Of a stretch of 64,000 bases of DNA, positions 58,090-64,000 are shown one piece after another. The notes below the pieces were generated by a model that saw only the letters and a program-made list of their open reading frames with translations, did no database searches and was not told the origin of the DNA. The position numbers were made by a program, and so were the translations under genes. The DNA is from Eledone cirrhosa (taxonomy: Eukaryota): positions 45,074,001 through 45,138,000 of the forward strand of contig OZ024754.1 in NCBI GenBank assembly GCA_964016885.1, written 5' to 3'. How positions within the stretch are numbered: position 1 is the first letter of the stretch; the number at the start of each line of letters is the position of its first letter.

Positions 58090-58345
58090 GTTTCTACTTT
58101 TTGGCACAAGGCCAGCAATTACTCAGTGTATTACTGGTACTTTATTTTATCGACCCCGTAAGGATGAAAGGCAAAGTTAACCTCGGCGGGATTTGAACTC
58201 AGAATGACAAGGGCCGTAACTCTATGCATCAAAGCATGGCGTATATATAATATATATAATTGTTTCTACTTTAGGCACAAGGCCAGCAATTACCCAGTGC
58301 ATTACTGGTACTTTATTTTATCGACCCCGTAAGGATGAAAGGCAA
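58086..58345 (-). mobile_element. Two 5'-truncated SINE copies
   Basis: Two tail-plus-core units, at about 58086-58240 and 58257-58345. Confidence 0.85.
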
Positions 58346-59271
58346 ATGTAATATGAACATGTATAATATATACAAATACATATATGTATATATTTATGTG
58401 TGTGTGTAAATATGTATATATATAATTTGAACATACACATATACATACACTACAGACACACACACACACACACATACACACACACACACACATATAAATA
58501 TATATATATATACATATATATATCTCTCTCTCTATATAAATATATATATATATGTATGTAACTGTATGTATGCTTATATGTATGCTTATGTCTCTGTCTG
58601 TGTATATATGTGTATATATGTGTATATATGTGTATATATGTGTATATATTTGTGTAGAAATGTAAGCGTATAAATATTTCTTATAGATATTGCAAAACGA
58701 ATTCGCGCCATTGCTCAATAAAACAAAATATGTCGAGTTTGGAGTGATTAATTAGTTCAAATCTACATACATGACTGTCAGAAACGACATTTTAAATTTA
58801 GAGAAGGTATTGTCTGTAGATAAGTTATTTTTATTTAACTAAACTTTCTTCCTGAATGTCTCTCAGTCTTAACTTATTAATCACTATAAAATTGACGTAT
58901 ATTATTTTTCGTTCAGCGTATATACTAATTCATATAGCATGATAGAATTACTCTCAGCCCCAATGACAAGTATTTAAGTAGTTATTTCGATAAACATTCA
59001 ATTTCACAAGCTCATAATTTACTTTACAAACTTATTTTACCTTGGAAACAATTCAGAATTTTGTATTTAATATTTCCAATAAGTTAGAAGCAATATTAAC
59101 TATTCGGACTGCAGATAAACCATTATTACATGTTTAGTTAACTAGGATACAGTTTAGTTAACTAGCAGATCTAAGGTTTAAAGACAGGGAAGTAACGATA
59201 GATATCTTAGGTCATTAGAAGTAACCTTTTGCATTTAGTGTCTAAACATTTTAGTTAAGTAATCAATGTGT

Positions 59272-59356
<85 letters not shown>

Positions 59357-59578
59357 CGTGCGTGCGTATATATATCTCTCTCTATATATATATTTATATT
59401 TATATTTATATTTATATATCTAAATCTATCTATCTCTCTCTCTATCTATCTGTGTGTGTGTGTGTGTGTGTGTGCGTGTATATATATGTATATATATATA
59501 TTTATATATATATATATATTTATATATATATACATATATATATATATATGCACACACACACATACACACACACACACA

Positions 59579-59680
<102 letters not shown>

Positions 59681-60356
59681 TATTTATTGTTTGAGTTCTC
59701 TTTAATGACATTAGACAGAACTGTGTTCCAACTACATTACCATTCTACGCCCTTCCAAGCCATAATGTTGGTCTCTTTTCAGTTTTGTGTTGTCATTGTG
59801 CAACTCAGGAAGTTTCATAACTAAATTACTTAATTCATAAAGCAATTAATTAATCGAGTTTATTAATTAATATATTAATACAACAGAATACAATGCAATT
59901 TTAATTTCACATGTGAATAAACAATATCTATTTATATTTCAATACAACACAATTTAATTTGTTGTCAATATGTACCAATGCAATAAAAACTAGCTTGTAG
60001 GCTACCAATGTTTGGAGAAGTAACCAAATATATGATCAACGTCAATAATCATTTGATAGATATTGACAAGAATAAAGAATTATAAAGTAGAAGCAAGGGC
60101 AGACATTTTAAGTAAGTCTTTTATTAGATCATATAATTTCGTGGGCTCTATTTATACATACATCGCTTATTTAATACCCGATATACTCACAAACACTAGA
60201 TAGCAGAGTGTATATACGAAGTTCCACTTTAACATTTTTTAATTGTATATTGACCGTTACATATGTTTCATAGAAGATTGGTTCGGGATTTCATCGATGT
60301 GATAGACCTGATTCCAGCATCGATCTGCTCGTTAGGAGTGTGGACTCAATCAAAAT

Positions 60357-60469
<113 letters not shown>

Positions 60470-60669
60470 CACTACTTCTGAGCAGCATGATATAGCAAGT
60501 CGTATCGGACACTGGAATAGTTTATTTATCGTCCTCGGAAGAAGAGATATTAATCTCGAAATATCAGGACATATCAATATATTAAGGTAAAAAACACTCT
60601 CGTTTCTTACGACTTAATTATTTGTTTATTCGTCCATTTCGTATTGTCGTGGCTTTCAAACTTCGAATT

Positions 60670-60756
<87 letters not shown>

Positions 60757-61205
60757 TAGAAGATCCCGTTAAGGTTGAAAGCAGCGATTCTTTGCTTAAA
60801 TTTTAATCTATTTTAATAAATATTTGCTCTAGGATTCTTATATATTTGAAATATATTTATCCTTATCGAGCCCTCTTTGGATTTTAGTCTTCACATTTAT
60901 TATTATTACTATATATATATGTATGTATATATATATATATATAAAATATATATGAATTAGTTGTCATGCTGGAAAAGGTTTTGAACACACCCTAAGAAAA
61001 TGACCGTGAAGATAACCCAGCCTGCCATGTTAACGTACGCTCCACGGGTCCTCATGCGAGGGAAATAAGTCTAAAAGAACACAGTATTGCCAGAAGTCAA
61101 TTAATGTGCGTTAATATTTATCATAAACATTAGAGAAGCGATAACAAAGGAATCTAGCATAAATTTTGATAATGAGGAAAGTGAGGGTGATGTTGTATAT
61201 TGACG

Positions 61206-61273
<68 letters not shown>

Positions 61274-61387
61274 CACTACTACTAGTAGTGGTAGTAGTAG
61301 TAGTAGGAGTAGTAGTAGTAGTAATAATGATAATAATAAAAATATCAACTGTAATTATTCAAAAATACTTTGTTGATATATCTACAA

Positions 61388-61423
<36 letters not shown>

Positions 61424-61509
61424 TATATATATAATATATACGTACATATATATATATACATAAACACACATACATATATCTAGATCTATTTATCTCTCTC
61501 TCACTGTCC

Positions 61510-61607
<98 letters not shown>

Positions 61608-61692
61608 ACTAGCCGAAATGCGATTCTCAGTAATTTATATTTATATACATATATATATATTTATATATACATATATACATATATACATATAT

Positions 61693-61828
<136 letters not shown>

Positions 61829-62312
61829 TACACATATATACACATATATATATATGTGTGTGTGTGTATATGAGAAAATAAAAATATATTTATGTCTAAA
61901 TTAGTTCCACTATTGAGTAATCAATGGAATTATCTCATTATCGCTGTTGCCTACATAGAACGGAATGGCGGTCTTTCCAATCTACAGAATGTGTTAAATT
62001 AAGCGTAACGATTCTTTTTCTTTCTTCGTGAAATTCTCAATGGACGGTAGCGAAAGCTAAGTGACCCAATCGCCACATTAATGTTGAGAATCAAAGCTCT
62101 ATGTCAGTATTAATAATCGTTTATATCGTTTATCTACTAAGAAATTAGTATACTTCATTATATGTATGTGTACGTGTATTGTGCGTATGCAAATACACAC
62201 ACACACACACACACACACACGGACACATAAGCACACACTCATATATATTTATATATATGTGTATGTGTATACACGTGTATACAAATGTATACATACACAC
62301 TCACACACACAC

Positions 62313-62427
<115 letters not shown>

Positions 62428-62927
62428 ATATATATATATATAATATATATCTGCGCATGTATTGTTTTTGGCGGAAGCCTCCTTTCTCCCATTTTCGGGA
62501 CAGTGTGAGATTTCCTTTAGAACTGCTGGACTAACAACCTAGCAGCTTCCTCAAACACTGATGGTGATTATCGCTAAATATTGATGTTGATTTGGTTATC
62601 AATATTAATATTATTGGGTTACCCACTGAAGATTTATAAGAGCCCACTTGAATAAGTATCTGTTGATCTTATACAAGCTTCTACATAACTTGGTATATTT
62701 TCACCCAAATTGTAGAAATCTTAAAATGAAACGAGTCGTCTGGGAAGTGATATATTTGATATATCTCATATGAAATGATGCTAATGGTGCTAACTATATT
62801 GTATAGTTCGCACTATACAATATAGTTCGCACCCCAAACGTTTAATTGGGAATATACTCAGGTATTTCCTAATGTTTGTTGAGTGAGTTGGAATTTGGCC
62901 GGAGTATCGCTATTAGCTTTCTCCGAT

Positions 62928-62993
<66 letters not shown>

Positions 62994-63247
62994 CGTGCAC
63001 ACACACAGTTCTTCATATTCTTGTTTGTAATCATCATTTAAGGCAAAATAATTTTTACAATTATTAAACTTAATGTTTTATATAGGAATATCAGAACTGT
63101 TTTAGCCAAGAAAAATTATATTAAAATAACAAGATCAAACCTGTAAAAGTATATTTGTTACCTATTGTTTGTAGATATATTCTTAATGCTTAACTTTCAA
63201 TGTAATACTTAGTGAACACATAAAAGCTCAGATACAATCATTTGGTC

Positions 63248-63281
<34 letters not shown>

Positions 63282-64000
63282 TAAGGCAATTTTACATGCA
63301 ATGTTTATTAGAAAATTCAAACCAAGTTTAAACTCACTGACAACATAATAGTTTTTTTCCAACACTGAAAGAAATTAGAGTTACGCCTCTTGTCGCAAAT
63401 TAAAAAAAAAAGATATCTACACACGCTTCAACAAATATTATATATATATATATATATTCTTTGGCATATCCCTTCCGGCACTTTTCGTATTGTTTTCGCC
63501 TTCAATGCCTCGGGTACAGAAACTTCAAGTAAAACTCAACACTTTATAGAGTTGTAATTAAATAGTTATATTTTTCACGCATGAATTAACAGTCTTACAG
63601 TCTTTCACGCATGGAAGTGACAGTCTTACAGTCGCTTATATTGTTTACAATACTACCTGTTTATTTATTTCCTCTGCCTCAGAAAAATGAACTACAATGT
63701 CCATGTCGATGCGATTAGATCTCAGAATGTGAAGTGTCTACAAAATCCTCCGTAATATCGAGTCTTAAGCTCAATCAGAAATACACATATTTTCAATTGG
63801 TAAATGAACGAGAAAGACGCATTCGTATAAAGCTGTTTGTTAACTCTCGTGAAAACAGCGATGGTATCTCACTCACTTCCAATAAACATTGGAATTCTCG
63901 CTCTAATGATAATAGTTATGGTATTTCGTTAGACTAACTGTTCTGACGTTTGTCTGCTTAGAAGCAGTATGGCGTATCGATTAATTTACCCCCTTTAAAT

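Overview
This is AT-rich eukaryotic DNA saturated with microsatellites. The repeat content suggests an octopod cephalopod, which is an inference. Nearly all ORFs in the supplied track are artefacts of simple repeats. One gene is secure: an intact two-exon, 375-aa actin on the + strand (15499-15621 and 19882-20886). It has the conserved codon 41/42 intron, two CArG boxes, a TATA box, an Inr-like site and polyA signals, and its C-terminal half is unusually divergent. The rest is a landscape of mobile elements. These are many copies of one tRNA-derived SINE, LINE fragments (CRE-like, R4-like, RTE-like and Tx1-like), a non-autonomous hAT element with an 8-bp target-site duplication (TSD), and Penelope-like fold-back remnants carrying degenerate hammerhead-ribozyme motifs. 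Features worth a second look are a perfect 387-bp palindrome, three independent tandem amplifications of retroposon 5' heads, a probable decayed nuclear-receptor zinc-finger locus, and two convergent orphan exon candidates. I found no demonstrably new biological system. Repeat boundaries are approximate, and family assignments come from recalled motifs, not database searches.
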